From assembly GCA_963662335.2 (NCBI GenBank), contig CAXXVD010000002.1, positions 498,062 through 562,061 of the forward strand: a stretch of 64,000 nucleotides of DNA. The letters are read 5' to 3'. Below the pieces are notes generated by a model that made no database searches, was not told the origin of the DNA, and worked only from the letters and a program-made list of their open reading frames with translations. Position numbers and translations under genes: made by a program. Source of the stretch: Chloroflexota bacterium. GTDB taxonomy: Bacteria; Chloroflexota; UBA11872; VXOZ01. Shown in pieces: positions 53,867 through 63,279 of the stretch. Every line of letters starts with the position of its first letter. The stretch's first letter is position 1.

Positions 53867-54549
53867 TGTGTTTCCTCTCTCAGTTGCGCAGTATCTCTTG
53901 CCCGGCGGATGAATGCCGCAATCTTGTCAGGGTCTTTCCTGCCGCCGGTTTCCACGCCGCTGCTCACGTCCACGCCCCAGGGCTGCACTTGGGCAACGGC
54001 GGCGCCGACATTGTCCGGAGAGAGTCCACCGGCGATGAGAAATCGACGGTCGCGCGGCACGCCACCGCCCAAGCTCCAATCCCAGGTTTGCCCAGTGCCG
54101 CCGGGTCCGTTGTCGGCGCCTTCCAGCACAAAAGCGGTGGCGTCCGTATATGGGGTCATACGTTCGTAGTCTTCTGCGGAATGCAGGTTGATGACTTTCC
54201 AGTGCATCATGCCCAACGCCGCGCAATAGTCGGGAGACTCCGCGCCGCACAACTGGGCGTATTGGAGCCCACTTACGGCGGCGACATTACGCACGGTTGC
54301 TGGGTCTTCGTTGACAAAGAGCCCCACGGCGGGCGGGCACGCGGAGCCAAGTTGACGAATGATAGCGCCCGTATCTTCGACGGTCATGCACCGGCGTCTG
54401 CCCTTCACAAAGATGAAGCCGAGGAAGTCCGCGCCGTGGGCTGCGGCGGCTTCCGCGTCGGCCAGCGCCATGAGGCCGCAGATCTTCACTTTGGGCGCAT
54501 TGGCAATTTGCTCGGTGATCTTCATGTAAGAGCTATAGGGAAATTTCAT
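53863..54549 (-). CDS. trpF: phosphoribosylanthranilate isomerase
   Basis: KVKICGL....DA..AAAHGADFLGFIF...S.R and C-terminal GVDVSSGVE. ATG 54549 overlaps the trpC stop (ATGA). Alt ATG 54525. Confidence 0.9.
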   Translation of the reverse strand: MKFPYSSYMKITEQIANAPKVKICGLMALADAEAAAAHGADFLGFIFVKGRRRCMTVEDTGAIIRQLGSACPPAVGLFVNEDPATVRNVAAVSGLQYAQLCGAESPDYCAALGMMHWKVINLHSAEDYERMTPYTDATAFVLEGADNGPGGTGQTWDWSLGGGVPRDRRFLIAGGLSPDNVGAAVAQVQPWGVDVSSGVETGGRKDPDKIAAFIRRARDTAQLREETQ

Positions 54550-55391
54550 TCGATTGCCTCACTCTGGATTCCGGCTTTCGCCGGAATGACTGATGAAGGG
54601 TTCGCGGAAGAAACTTGTGAGGCGGCTACTAGTTCAGCCACTTTTGCCGCCGTGTCAGGAGCCGTAACCAATGCTTCACCGATGAGCATGGCGTCTACGC
54701 CCCAGCCGCGCAGCCGCGCCACGTCCGCGGGCGTGTGGATGCCGCTTTCGCTAATCACCAGGCGGTCGCTGGGAATGAGCGCGCGGAGCTTGGCCGTGGT
54801 CTCCAACGTCGTCTCGAAGGTGTGGAGGTTGCGGTTGTTGATGCCGATGATTGGCGCGTCCACGTCCAGGGCGCGCGCGGTTTCATCCGCCGTGTGCACT
54901 TCCACTATGGCGGCCATGCCCCAGTCCGCCGCGCAGCGCAGCAAGGCCCGCAGGCGCGGCTGGGGCAATGCGGCCACGATGAGAAGCACCGCGTCGGCCC
55001 CCGCCGCGCGGGCCTCTACGACGTGGTATTCGTCTGTCGTGAAGTCTTTGCGCAACGCGGGCAGGGACGTGGCGGCGCGCGCGGCTCCCAAGTCCGCCAG
55101 CGATCCTTGGAAGAACCGCTCGTCGGTGAGCACGGAGAGGGCGCTAGCGCCGCCGGCTTCATAGGTTTGGGCGAGCGCCGCCGGATCAAGGCCGGGCGCG
55201 AAGACGCCTTTGGAGGGTGAGGCGCGCTTGATCTCGGCAATCAGGCGAATGCCGTCTTGCCGCAGCGCGGCGGCGAAGTCGCGGGGCGGCTCCGTCGCCT
55301 CGGCCCTCTTCACCAGACCCGCAAGCGGAACGGCCGCTTGCCGCTCTGCCAATTCGCGTTCCTTATGTTCCAAGATGGTGTCCAGAATCAT
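54546..55391 (-). CDS. trpC: indole-3-glycerol phosphate synthase, with a repeat-derived C-terminal tail
   Basis: MILDTILEHK, IAEIKRASPSKG, LSVLTDERFFQGS, IGINNRNL, ESGI. The tail ...SSVIPAKAGIQSEAIE is encoded by a family D repeat. Confidence 0.92.
   Translation of the reverse strand: MILDTILEHKERELAERQAAVPLAGLVKRAEATEPPRDFAAALRQDGIRLIAEIKRASPSKGVFAPGLDPAALAQTYEAGGASALSVLTDERFFQGSLADLGAARAATSLPALRKDFTTDEYHVVEARAAGADAVLLIVAALPQPRLRALLRCAADWGMAAIVEVHTADETARALDVDAPIIGINNRNLHTFETTLETTAKLRALIPSDRLVISESGIHTPADVARLRGWGVDAMLIGEALVTAPDTAAKVAELVAASQVSSANPSSVIPAKAGIQSEAIE
54566..54590. repeat. family D variant hairpin inside the 3' end of trpC
   Basis: GGATTCCGGCTTTCGCCGGAATGAC. Translated on the minus strand it gives VIPAKAGI. 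Confidence 0.8.
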
Positions 55392-55413
55392 GTGTTTTGT
55401 TCTTTCACCCTCA

Positions 55414-55593
55414 CCCTCTCCCTCGGGAAGAGCTGACAGGGGTAGGTACTCTATAATCGACTTCACCTGTCATTCCGAACGGAGCGCAGAGGAGTGAGGA
55501 ATCTAAAGCGCCGCCCTGGAAAATCAGCATCTCTAGATTCCTCGCTGCGCTCGGAATGACATTTACCTGCCCCTGTCAGCTCGGGGAGAGGGG
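55414..55593 (-). repeat. nested ~180-bp MITE-like palindromic element, copy 3, in the trpD-trpC spacer
   Basis: Both outer arms intact: CCCTCTCCCTCGGGAAGAGCTGACAGGGGTAGGTA ... TACCTGCCCCTGTCAGCTCGGGGAGAGGGG. Inner arms as in copies 1 and 2, in reverse orientation. Confidence 0.9.
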
Positions 55594-55638
55594 ACAAGAG
55601 TTGAGCCGCGTTTCTATTAGCCTCATCTAGATACGGCG

Positions 55639-56655
55639 CTAGGCGAGACTCTGACTGAGGCTGGCGAACGCTTCCAGCTTGGCGGCGGCCTGGCCGCTGT
55701 CGATGGCGGCGGCGGCTTGCCGCGCGCCCTCTTTCCAGTCAGTGGCGCGGCCGCTCACGACGAGACCGGCGGCGGCGTTCATGACCACTACGTCCCGGCG
55801 TGGACCCGGCGCTCCGGCCATCACGTCGCGCACGTACTGGGCGTTTTCTGCCACCGAGCCGCCCGCAATTTCACTCACCGGCGCGGTGGCGAGGCCGAAG
55901 TCCGCCGGCTCCAGGCGGTAGCTTTGCACACTACTGCCGTTCCACTCCGTCACCAACGTCGGGCCGCTCAGGGAAATTTCGTCCACGCCGTCGGCCTCGC
56001 CGTGCACGACCAGCGCCCGGCGCACGCCCAGCGCGCTCAGGGCGTGGGCGATGTCATCCGCTTGACCCGGGTCGGCGACGCCGAACACGCGGTAGCTTGC
56101 CCCGGCGGGATTGGTGAGCGGGCCGAGGATATTGAAGATGGTGCGGATGCCGATTTCGCGGCGCAGCGGCGCGGCGAACTTCATCGCGGGATGGTACGCC
56201 TGCGCGAACATGAAGCCAATGCCGACCTGCTCGATACACTGCGCCACCGCGTCCGGGCCCAATTCTATCTGCACGCTGAGCGCTTCCAGCACGTCGGCGC
56301 TGCCGCAGGCGCTGCTCATGGCGCGGTTGCCGTGCTTCGCCACCGGCTGGCCGGCCGCGGCCAGGACGATGGCATTGGCGGTGGAGACGTTGAACGTGCC
56401 CACGCCGTCGCCGCCGGTGCCGCAGGTGTCGGCAACCGGTTGGCTGACGGCAACCGGCAGGGCTTTCGCGCGCATGACGCCAAGACACCCGGCAATCTCG
56501 TCGGCGGTCTCGCCCTTGGCGCGGAGCGCCGTCACGAACGCGCCGAACTGCGCCGGGGTGCAGGCCGCGTCCATGATCTCGGTCATCACTTCAGCCGCTT
56601 CGGCGCGGGTGAGCGACGCGCCCTCGATTACCTTGACAGTTGCTTCAAGTATCAT
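55639..56655 (-). CDS. trpD: anthranilate phosphoribosyltransferase
   Basis: DTCGTGGDG..TFNVST, KHGNRA.SS..GSADVLEALG-type blocks. Confidence 0.93.
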   Translation of the reverse strand: MILEATVKVIEGASLTRAEAAEVMTEIMDAACTPAQFGAFVTALRAKGETADEIAGCLGVMRAKALPVAVSQPVADTCGTGGDGVGTFNVSTANAIVLAAAGQPVAKHGNRAMSSACGSADVLEALSVQIELGPDAVAQCIEQVGIGFMFAQAYHPAMKFAAPLRREIGIRTIFNILGPLTNPAGASYRVFGVADPGQADDIAHALSALGVRRALVVHGEADGVDEISLSGPTLVTEWNGSSVQSYRLEPADFGLATAPVSEIAGGSVAENAQYVRDVMAGAPGPRRDVVVMNAAAGLVVSGRATDWKEGARQAAAAIDSGQAAAKLEAFASLSQSLA

Positions 56656-56683
56656 CTCTCCGCTCCCTTATGCGCGGCAGCCG

Positions 56684-57274
56684 CTAGCGTTTTCCGTGTT
56701 CATGTTGCTCAACGATATCGAGGAAGTTCTGCAGGAGTTTTTTGCCCCCAACGGTCAGAATGGACTCCGGGTGAAACTGCACCCCGTACACCGGATAGTC
56801 CCGGTGGCGCACGCTCATGATCGTGCCGTCGTCTGCTGTGGCCGTCACGTCGAGGACCGGCGGCAAGCGCTCCGGATCGATGATCAGCGAGTGGTAGCGC
56901 GTGGCGACAAACGGGTTCTCAAGTCCGGCAAAGACGTCGCTGCCCTGGTGATGGATGAGCGAAGTCTTGCCGTGCATGAGCGTCTGGGCGCGAATCACGT
57001 TCCCCCCAAAAACCTGGCCGATACACTGGTGGCCGAGACAGACGCCCAGTAACGGCACCTTTCCCGCAGCCTGGGCGATGAGGTCGGTTGAAATGCCCGC
57101 CTCAGTGGGCGTGCAGGGGCCTGGCGAGACCACGATGCCGTCAGGCGATTGCGCCAATACCTCCGCCACCGTCGTCTTGTCGTTGCGCGCCACTGTCATT
57201 TCCGCGCCCAGTTCGCCCAGGTACTGCACCAGATTGTAGGTGAACGAATCGTAGTTATCCAGCATGAAGATCAC
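56684..57274 (-). CDS. trpG: anthranilate synthase component II (glutamine amidotransferase)
   Basis: [33 protein letters not shown] (catalytic Cys), GVQFHPES. Confidence 0.93.
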   Translation of the reverse strand: MIFMLDNYDSFTYNLVQYLGELGAEMTVARNDKTTVAEVLAQSPDGIVVSPGPCTPTEAGISTDLIAQAAGKVPLLGVCLGHQCIGQVFGGNVIRAQTLMHGKTSLIHHQGSDVFAGLENPFVATRYHSLIIDPERLPPVLDVTATADDGTIMSVRHRDYPVYGVQFHPESILTVGGKKLLQNFLDIVEQHEHGKR

Positions 57275-58775
57275 GTTCCATCTCCTCCGCGACGTCGATT
57301 GCGCGCATGGTCGAGGCGGCCTTGTTGCAAACTTCCTGGTACTCTTCTTCGGGGTCGGAGTCCGCCACGATGCCGCCGCCGGCCTGGATGTACGCCGTGT
57401 TGTCTTTCACCGTCATCGTGCGAATCGTGATTGCCATGTCCATGTTGCCGGAGTAGTCGAAGTAGCCGACCGCGCCGCCGTAGGGCCCCCGCGCGGCGCC
57501 TTCAAGCTCGGAGATGATCTCCATGGCCCGCACCTTGGGCGCGCCGGAGAGGGTGCCGGCCGGAAAGCACGAGCGCAAGGCGTCGAAGGCCGTCTTGCCC
57601 GGCGCGAGTTCGCCTTCCACTTGCGAGACGATGTGCATCACGTGGGAGAACTCTTCCACCACCATGAGCGTCGGCACGTGCACCGAGCCGGGACGGCAGA
57701 CGCGCCCGAGGTCGTTGCGCCCCAGGTCAACGAGCATGATGTGTTCGGCGCGTTCCTTCTCGCTGGCGAGCAATTCCGCGGCCAGCGCGGCGTCTTCCTC
57801 CGGCGTGGCGCCCCGGCGGCGGGTGCCGGCGATGGGGCGGGTGGTGGCGTGGGAGCCCTCCACGCGCACCAGCATCTCCGGCGACGCGCCGACGATCTGC
57901 ACGTCGTCCAGGTTGAGGTAGAACATGTACGGCGAGGGGTTGATCATGCGCAGCGCCCGGTAGACCGAATAGGGATGCACGCCCAGGGGCCGGGACCAGC
58001 GCAGGCCGAGCACCGCCTGGATGATGTCGCCGGCGGCGATGTACTCTTTCGCGGCGCGTACCATCGCGTGGTGGTCCGCCTCGGCCATGCTTGGGGTGGC
58101 CGGGCCGGGGGCGCCCGCGCCGCGCACGTTTGGCACCGCCTGGCGCAGGCGGGCGCCGGTTTCCTCGATCGCGTCCACCGCCGCATCATAGTTCGAGCCA
58201 ACGTCGCCGTGGGGCGAGACGTAGGCAATGATGGTGAGGCTGTGCTTCACGTGGTCGAACATGATGAGGCTATCCGTGAACATGAAGATCGCCTCGGGCA
58301 CGGGCGGCGCGTCCGCGGCCGGCAGGGGCACGCGCGGCTCGAAGTAGCGCACGGTTTCATAGCCCAAATAGCCTACGGCGCCGCCCTGGAAGCGCGGCAG
58401 GCCGGGCATCACGGCCAGAGCGGTCTTGGCGATTTCCTCTGCCAGCAGCGCCAGCGGATCGGCGTAGGCGCGGGTCTCGCGCGTGCCGTTTTGGGAGCGG
58501 ATTGCCGTGCCCTTGTCCATGCGGATGGTGGTGGAAGGATTCACGCCAATGAACGAGTAGCGGCCCAGGCTTTCGCCCCCTTGCACGCTTTCCAGCAGGA
58601 ACGAGTAGTCGCCTTGGGCGAGCTTGAGGTAAGCGGAGACCGGGGTTTCCAGGTCCGCGGGAATGGTGCGCGATAGCGGCACGGTCAGCCCCTGCGCGGT
58701 GAGTGCCTCCACGGTTTCGAAGTCCGGCTGGATGCCCGTAAATACGGCGCCCGGCGCGGTTTGTACGACAGCCAT
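57255..58775 (-). CDS. trpE: anthranilate synthase component I
   Basis: [23 protein letters not shown], and C-terminal [17 protein letters not shown]...E...[10 protein letters not shown]. Confidence 0.95.
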   Translation of the reverse strand: MAVVQTAPGAVFTGIQPDFETVEALTAQGLTVPLSRTIPADLETPVSAYLKLAQGDYSFLLESVQGGESLGRYSFIGVNPSTTIRMDKGTAIRSQNGTRETRAYADPLALLAEEIAKTALAVMPGLPRFQGGAVGYLGYETVRYFEPRVPLPAADAPPVPEAIFMFTDSLIMFDHVKHSLTIIAYVSPHGDVGSNYDAAVDAIEETGARLRQAVPNVRGAGAPGPATPSMAEADHHAMVRAAKEYIAAGDIIQAVLGLRWSRPLGVHPYSVYRALRMINPSPYMFYLNLDDVQIVGASPEMLVRVEGSHATTRPIAGTRRRGATPEEDAALAAELLASEKERAEHIMLVDLGRNDLGRVCRPGSVHVPTLMVVEEFSHVMHIVSQVEGELAPGKTAFDALRSCFPAGTLSGAPKVRAMEIISELEGAARGPYGGAVGYFDYSGNMDMAITIRTMTVKDNTAYIQAGGGIVADSDPEEEYQEVCNKAASTMRAIDVAEEMERDLHAG

Positions 58776-58810
58776 TATTCTTCCTCGTGCGGGCCGTTGC
58801 TACCTTAAAC

Positions 58811-59125
58811 GAAAAATGCTCGTCCCCAAAGGGACGAGACATAGCCTCGCGGTGCCACCCTTCTTGGCCGCAATGCGCGGCCCGCTTCGTTTGCTCAAGC
58901 ACTCCCCGCCAAGCGGTTTCATGCTTGCCCCAAGGTATACGGTAGGGGTTCCGGTGGCGCCTACTTGGCAACCGCAGCAAGCAGACGCCTTGCGTCATGC
59001 GCTTGCCGGGCCGTCGTTCGGGCCACGGCTCACAGGCCCATTCCGCTCACCGCGCGCCGCCGGGATTTCACCAGTTCCCGGCTCTCTGGAGGCCGCCTTG
59101 CGAGCGTACTCTTCCTGATCATCGC
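58811..59125 (-). promoter_or_regulatory. T-box riboswitch leader, Trp (UGG) specifier, with terminator
   Basis: Minus strand order: GAUGAUCAGGAAGAGUA (GA/K-turn), CCAGAGAG (AG bulge), CUGGUGAAAUCCCGG (distal loop), GAGCG-GAA-UGG-G (specifier, UGG = 59040-59038), AAGGGUGGCACCGCGAG (T-box, 58862-58846), then CUCGUCCC-UUUG-GGGACGAG-CAUUUUU (58839-58811). Confidence 0.85.
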
Positions 59126-59151
59126 CTTTGGAATCTTCACTTGTGCCTCGT

Positions 59152-59180
59152 ATTCTAGGGCAGCCGCCGCGCGCTGTCAA
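59152..59180 (-). promoter_or_regulatory. promoter of the trp operon
   Basis: Minus strand TTGACA (59180-59175), 17 nt, TAGAAT (59157-59152). The -35 overlaps the stop codon of the upstream deacetylase gene. Confidence 0.6.
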
Positions 59181-60166
59181 GGGCGCGAGAGCACGACGGT
59201 GGGCGTGGGCTCGATAATGATGGCCGGCAATGGCGGTTTCTTGCGCTTGGGCGGGTGCAAGATTTCGGAGACCTTGACGATGCGGTAGCCTTCTTGCTTT
59301 AGGTCAGTCAAGATGTCGGGCAACGCCTCCATCGTGTGGTGGCTGGCCAGATGGGCAAGGATGATCGCGCCGTTCTGGAGTCGCTCGCGGATGCGCTGCC
59401 GGATCAGCGCCGGCGTAGCGTCTTCGCGCCAGTCGATGGTGTCAATCGTCCAGTAGATGCTCCAGTAGCCTTCGCGGACGACGAGGTCGAGGACGTGGGG
59501 ATTGCGCGCGCCGTAGGGGGCGCGGAACCAGGGCTTGGTGCTCACGCCCCCAACCCGCTTCACGGCTTCTTCCGTGCGCCGGATCTCGCGGCGGATGGCG
59601 TCATCCTCGAGTGTGGTAAAGTCGGGGTGGGCGTAGCTGTGGTTCCCGATTTCGTGCCCGTCGGCGATCATCTGCTTGAGCAGTTCCGGGTAGCGGTCGG
59701 CGAATTCGCCGGTGATGAAGATGGTGACGCGCACGCCGTGCCGGCGCAGCGTTTCCAGCATGGACGGCGTGAAGGTGGCAGTGGAACCGGCGTCGAAGGT
59801 GAGAGCGACCGCGCGCGCCTCAGGGTCTCCGCGGCGCACCTCCCAGATGCGGGTTGCGTAAGGAAGGCCCGTGAAGTCCGGCGTGGGAGACGGGGTTGGC
59901 GTCGGCGCGGCGGTTGGGATTGGCCGTGCGCCGGTACGCGTTGCCGGGCCCGGCGCTAAGACTATGGGCGTCGGCGGCGCCGTGGCGGCCGGCGCGCTGC
60001 CGCCAAGCGCGGCGCGCTCCGAGCCGGTCGCGCTGCACGCGGCCAGGACGAGCGCGCCGAGCAGCGGGCGCCACAGCCACGCGGGCACGAGAGACCGCAC
60101 GCCCGCGAGCGTGTACGGCGCTGTGAGCAAAGCGAAAACGCGAGAACGCGGGGACTTCCTAAGCAA
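59177..60166 (-). CDS. polysaccharide deacetylase (NodB homology domain) lipoprotein
   Basis: Lipobox LVLAACS, P/T-rich linker, VALTFDAG, GHEIGNHSYAHPDF. Confidence 0.85.
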   Translation of the reverse strand: MLRKSPRSRVFALLTAPYTLAGVRSLVPAWLWRPLLGALVLAACSATGSERAALGGSAPAATAPPTPIVLAPGPATRTGARPIPTAAPTPTPSPTPDFTGLPYATRIWEVRRGDPEARAVALTFDAGSTATFTPSMLETLRRHGVRVTIFITGEFADRYPELLKQMIADGHEIGNHSYAHPDFTTLEDDAIRREIRRTEEAVKRVGGVSTKPWFRAPYGARNPHVLDLVVREGYWSIYWTIDTIDWREDATPALIRQRIRERLQNGAIILAHLASHHTMEALPDILTDLKQEGYRIVKVSEILHPPKRKKPPLPAIIIEPTPTVVLSRP

Positions 60167-60362
60167 GACACTACCCTTGCAGAGAGCAACAACGCGTAAC
60201 GACCGGTCGGTGTATTCGAGGAGATTGCAGCGCGGAGCGGCGGGCCTGGCGAGGATGAACGTGCGCTACACACGTATTCTAGCTTAATGCGAGGCCTGGC
60301 GCTAGGCGCTTTGCCCGAGATGAGCCTCCGATTCTCATAGCGCTTGCCCATTAAATGGTGAA

Positions 60363-60386
60363 GCGGGGGACAAGCCCCCGCGCTAC
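60363..60386 (-). repeat. REP-A unit
   Basis: GCGGGGGACAAGCCCCCGCGCTAC. Confidence 0.9.
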
Positions 60387-60445
60387 GTGAGAGGTGGCAG
60401 GGGCAATCCGCGCTGCCGGGTCTAAAACGCGCAAAGGAGAACGCT

Positions 60446-61081
60446 ATGTCCCGCTCGGCGTTGCTGCGGGAACTGCGCGCAGCCAAGCTGACGGCCGTCG
60501 TGCGCACCAAGACGGCGGAACAGGCGGTGCAAACGGCGCAGGCGCTCTACGCCGCGGGCATACGGTTGGTGGAAATCACGTTTACCGTGCCGGACGCCGC
60601 GGCCGTGATCGCGGCGGTGGCGGCGGATAGGCCCGCCGACTGCCTGGTGGGCGCGGGCACGGTGACGACCGCCGCGCAGGCGCAGGCGGCGCTGGCGGCC
60701 GGCGCGCAGTTCATCGTGGGCCCCGTGCACCGGCCCGCCCTGGTGGAACTGGCGCACGCGGCGGACGTGCCCGCCATCATGGCCGGCCTCACGCCCACTG
60801 AAATCCTGGACGTGCATGAGTCCGGTTCCGACATGGTGAAGGTCTTCCCCATCGACAGCGTGGGCGGGCCGGGCTACGTCAAGAGCGTGCTGGGGCCGTT
60901 GCCGGATGTTCCCATCGTGGCCTCCGGCGGCATCGGCTTCGATAACTACCGCGCCTACCTGGAGGCGGGCGCGGCCGGCGTGGCGCTCGGTTCCGGCCTC
61001 ATGCCGCCGGCGCTCATCGACGCCGGCGACTATGCCGGCCTCACGGCCTGCGCGCGGCGGTTCGTGGAGGAATTGGCGTAA
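60446..61081 (+). CDS. eda: KHG/KDPG aldolase
   Basis: ATG after AAAGGAGA. VVRT....A......AL...GI.LVEITF, GAGTV, and VKVFP (Schiff-base lysine context). Confidence 0.85.
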   Translation: MSRSALLRELRAAKLTAVVRTKTAEQAVQTAQALYAAGIRLVEITFTVPDAAAVIAAVAADRPADCLVGAGTVTTAAQAQAALAAGAQFIVGPVHRPALVELAHAADVPAIMAGLTPTEILDVHESGSDMVKVFPIDSVGGPGYVKSVLGPLPDVPIVASGGIGFDNYRAYLEAGAAGVALGSGLMPPALIDAGDYAGLTACARRFVEELA

Positions 61082-61112
61082 GCGTGCGCTCGCTGGGGCG
61101 TGGCATTCGAGT

Positions 61113-61332
61113 GTCATTCCGAGCGCAGCGAGGAATCTAGCGCGCGCGGCCAGCAATCGCTATCGTCGGATTGCCAGCGTCGGTAGCGCGGGGGCTTGTC
61201 CCCCGCCAGAGGGAGACAGTAGGACGCGATAGGGCTAGCCCATATGGTACGCAGGTTGCAAACCTGCGCTACCGGACACGCGCGGCGTGGTATTCACTGC
61301 CATTCGGCGTAGCGCGGGGGCTTGTCCCCCGC
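61113..61332. repeat. cluster of four repeat units: B arm, REP-A, REP-C, REP-A
   Basis: 61113-61140 GTCATTCCGAGCGCAGCGAGGAATCTAG; 61183-61206 REP-A (+); 61250-61275 REP-C (-); 61309-61332 REP-A (+). Confidence 0.9.
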
Positions 61333-61411
61333 CTCTGCAGGCGCAAAAGAGGACTGACCGCATCTCCGCCTCTTGACGGCGTTTGCGGTTTTGCACCGGA
61401 AAGAATCGGCA

Positions 61412-62347
61412 ATGCCTGACATCCTCTCCCTGGGCGAGTGCATGGTGGAGTTCTTTGCCGAGGAGCCGCTGGCGGAGGCGGACACGGTGGAGAAGGCGTT
61501 CGCCGGCGACGCGCTCAATCTACTGGCGGCGGCGTCGCGCCTGGGCAGTTCGTGCGGCTTTCTCTCGCGCGTGGGCAACGATCCGTTTCAGCCTTTTCTG
61601 CTAAACGGTTGGCGGAGTCTGGGTATTGACACGTCCCACGTCAAACGGGTTGAGGGGCGCAACGGCATCTATTTTATCTCCACCTACGGGCACGGTGAAC
61701 GCGAGTTCACGTATTACCGGGCCGGCAGCGCGCCCAGCACCATGACTCCCGATGATATAGACCCCGATTACATCGCGCAGGCGCGGGTGCTGCACGTCAG
61801 CGGCATTACGCTGGCTATCTCCGAATCGGCGCGGGCGACGGCGCTGGCGGCGGCGCGCATTGCCAATGAGGCGCAGGTGTGCGTGTCGTTTGACCCCAAT
61901 TTCCGGCCGGCGCTGTGGCCGGCGGAGGCGGCGCGGGCCGCGGCGGAAGAACTCCTGCCGCACGTGGACATCGCCCTGCCCAGCGGTCCCGAGGAATCGG
62001 AGCAGTTGTTCGGCTTGGCGAGCGCCGAGGAAACGGCAGACTACCTGCGCGGCTTTGGCGCGTACGCGGTGGCGGTCAAGCTAGGCGAAGGCGGCGTGTA
62101 CCTGAGCACGGCAGACGGCAAGCGGCACGTGCCCGCGTTGCCAGTGCCGCGCGTGGCGGACACCACCGGCGCGGGTGACGCCTTCGACGGCGCGTTCTTG
62201 CACGGGCTGGTGCGGAACATGCCGCCATTGGAAGCGGCGCGCCTGGGCGTGGTCATGGCCGGCCTCAAAGTGCGCGGCCGGGGGGCGATCGCCAGCCTGC
62301 CGGGGAAGGATGAGGTCGAAGCGGCGCTGGCCGCCTGGGACACGTGA
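61412..62347 (+). CDS. kdgK: PfkB-family sugar kinase, 2-dehydro-3-deoxygluconokinase-like
   Basis: MPDILSLGECMVEF, FAGDALN, and C-terminal DTTGAGDAFDGAFL. Adjacent to eda. Confidence 0.75.
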   Translation: MPDILSLGECMVEFFAEEPLAEADTVEKAFAGDALNLLAAASRLGSSCGFLSRVGNDPFQPFLLNGWRSLGIDTSHVKRVEGRNGIYFISTYGHGEREFTYYRAGSAPSTMTPDDIDPDYIAQARVLHVSGITLAISESARATALAAARIANEAQVCVSFDPNFRPALWPAEAARAAAEELLPHVDIALPSGPEESEQLFGLASAEETADYLRGFGAYAVAVKLGEGGVYLSTADGKRHVPALPVPRVADTTGAGDAFDGAFLHGLVRNMPPLEAARLGVVMAGLKVRGRGAIASLPGKDEVEAALAAWDT

Positions 62348-62381
62348 ATGCCGAGGGGCCGGTGAGCGACGCGCGCCTACT

Positions 62382-62508
62382 GTCATTCCGAGCGTAAGCG
62401 AGGAATCTAGAGCGCAGCGCGAGGACCTATCATCGTGAAAGCAGAATCCCCAATGTGCCAAAGGCCCTGCGCCTGGTAACGTAGGGGCACGACATGTCGT
62501 GCCCCTAC
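62382..62508. repeat. family B arm (62382-62410) and family E palindrome (62481-62508)
   Basis: GTCATTCCGAGCGTAAGCGAGGAATCTAG and GTAGGGGCACGACATGTCGTGCCCCTAC. Confidence 0.9.
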
Positions 62509-62534
62509 CGATGTCTTACCTGCAAACACGGCGG

Positions 62535-63248
62535 CTAGAGCAACGGCAGGTCGGCCAGAGAGAGCACCTGCCACCAGTGGCCGGCATCGAGCACCTGGAG
62601 CATGAAGCGCGGCGTGCCCAGCGGCGTGATGGTGAACGACGGGTCCAGCGGCGGATAGGCCGGGTTGGCGAAGAGTTCCGCGCCGGCTTGCAGCAGGTTA
62701 TCAAGGGTCAAGGGTTGCTGCGCCGCCGCCACGAGCAGGGGTTGTCCCAGGGCGATGAGCGCGGCGGCGTCCGCGCCGGGCCGGGGCGCGCCGCGCACGT
62801 GGGCGAAGTACTCCACGCCGTAGACGGTTTGCAGATCGCCGTAGGGATTGTCCGGCGGGCGGTACGCGGCGGCGTAGAGCAGGGCCGGCGCGGGCACGTC
62901 GTCTATCTCTACGGCGAAGATGTCGCTCTTGACGTTCAAGTAGTAGGTCTCGCGGCTGGAAAAGAGCCGCACCTCGCAGCCGGTCTCGGCTTCACCGTGG
63001 CGGTGCGCGGCGTCTTGCCACGACTCGCCCGTCGCGCACATGCCGCCGACGCCCCACAGCGGCAGCGCCCGCCCGCCGTCCTCCGCCTCCTGCGCGTAGC
63101 GCGGCTCCGGCAGCGTGAAGAGCAGCTTGTTTTGCCGCAGACCAATGATGCCGGCAAAGCCGGAAGAGCCGGCAAAGCCGGAAGAGTCCGCGAAGCCGGA
63201 AGAGCCCGCGAACCGCTGGTCTACCGCGCCAAAGTCACGGAGTCGCAT
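62535..63248 (-). CDS. hypothetical protein with a degenerate Nudix-like box and an N-terminal hexapeptide repeat
   Basis: ATG 63248; the ORF-track N-terminus further upstream runs through REP units. GGMCATGESWQDAAHRHGEAETG loosely fits Gx5Ex7RExxEExG. (S)SGFAG x3 comes from an 18-nt tandem repeat at about 63150-63210. Confidence 0.45.
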   Translation of the reverse strand: MRLRDFGAVDQRFAGSSGFADSSGFAGSSGFAGIIGLRQNKLLFTLPEPRYAQEAEDGGRALPLWGVGGMCATGESWQDAAHRHGEAETGCEVRLFSSRETYYLNVKSDIFAVEIDDVPAPALLYAAAYRPPDNPYGDLQTVYGVEYFAHVRGAPRPGADAAALIALGQPLLVAAAQQPLTLDNLLQAGAELFANPAYPPLDPSFTITPLGTPRFMLQVLDAGHWWQVLSLADLPLL

Positions 63249-63279
63249 GGGCTGAATGGCCTCTTTGGATGTTGACTCC

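Noticed and set aside
57264-58676. 470-aa plus-strand ORF, and likewise 29077-30372 and 55717-56820
   Set aside because: They are antisense to trpE, the Gfo/Idh/MocA gene and trpD respectively. All are shadow frames of confidently identified genes.
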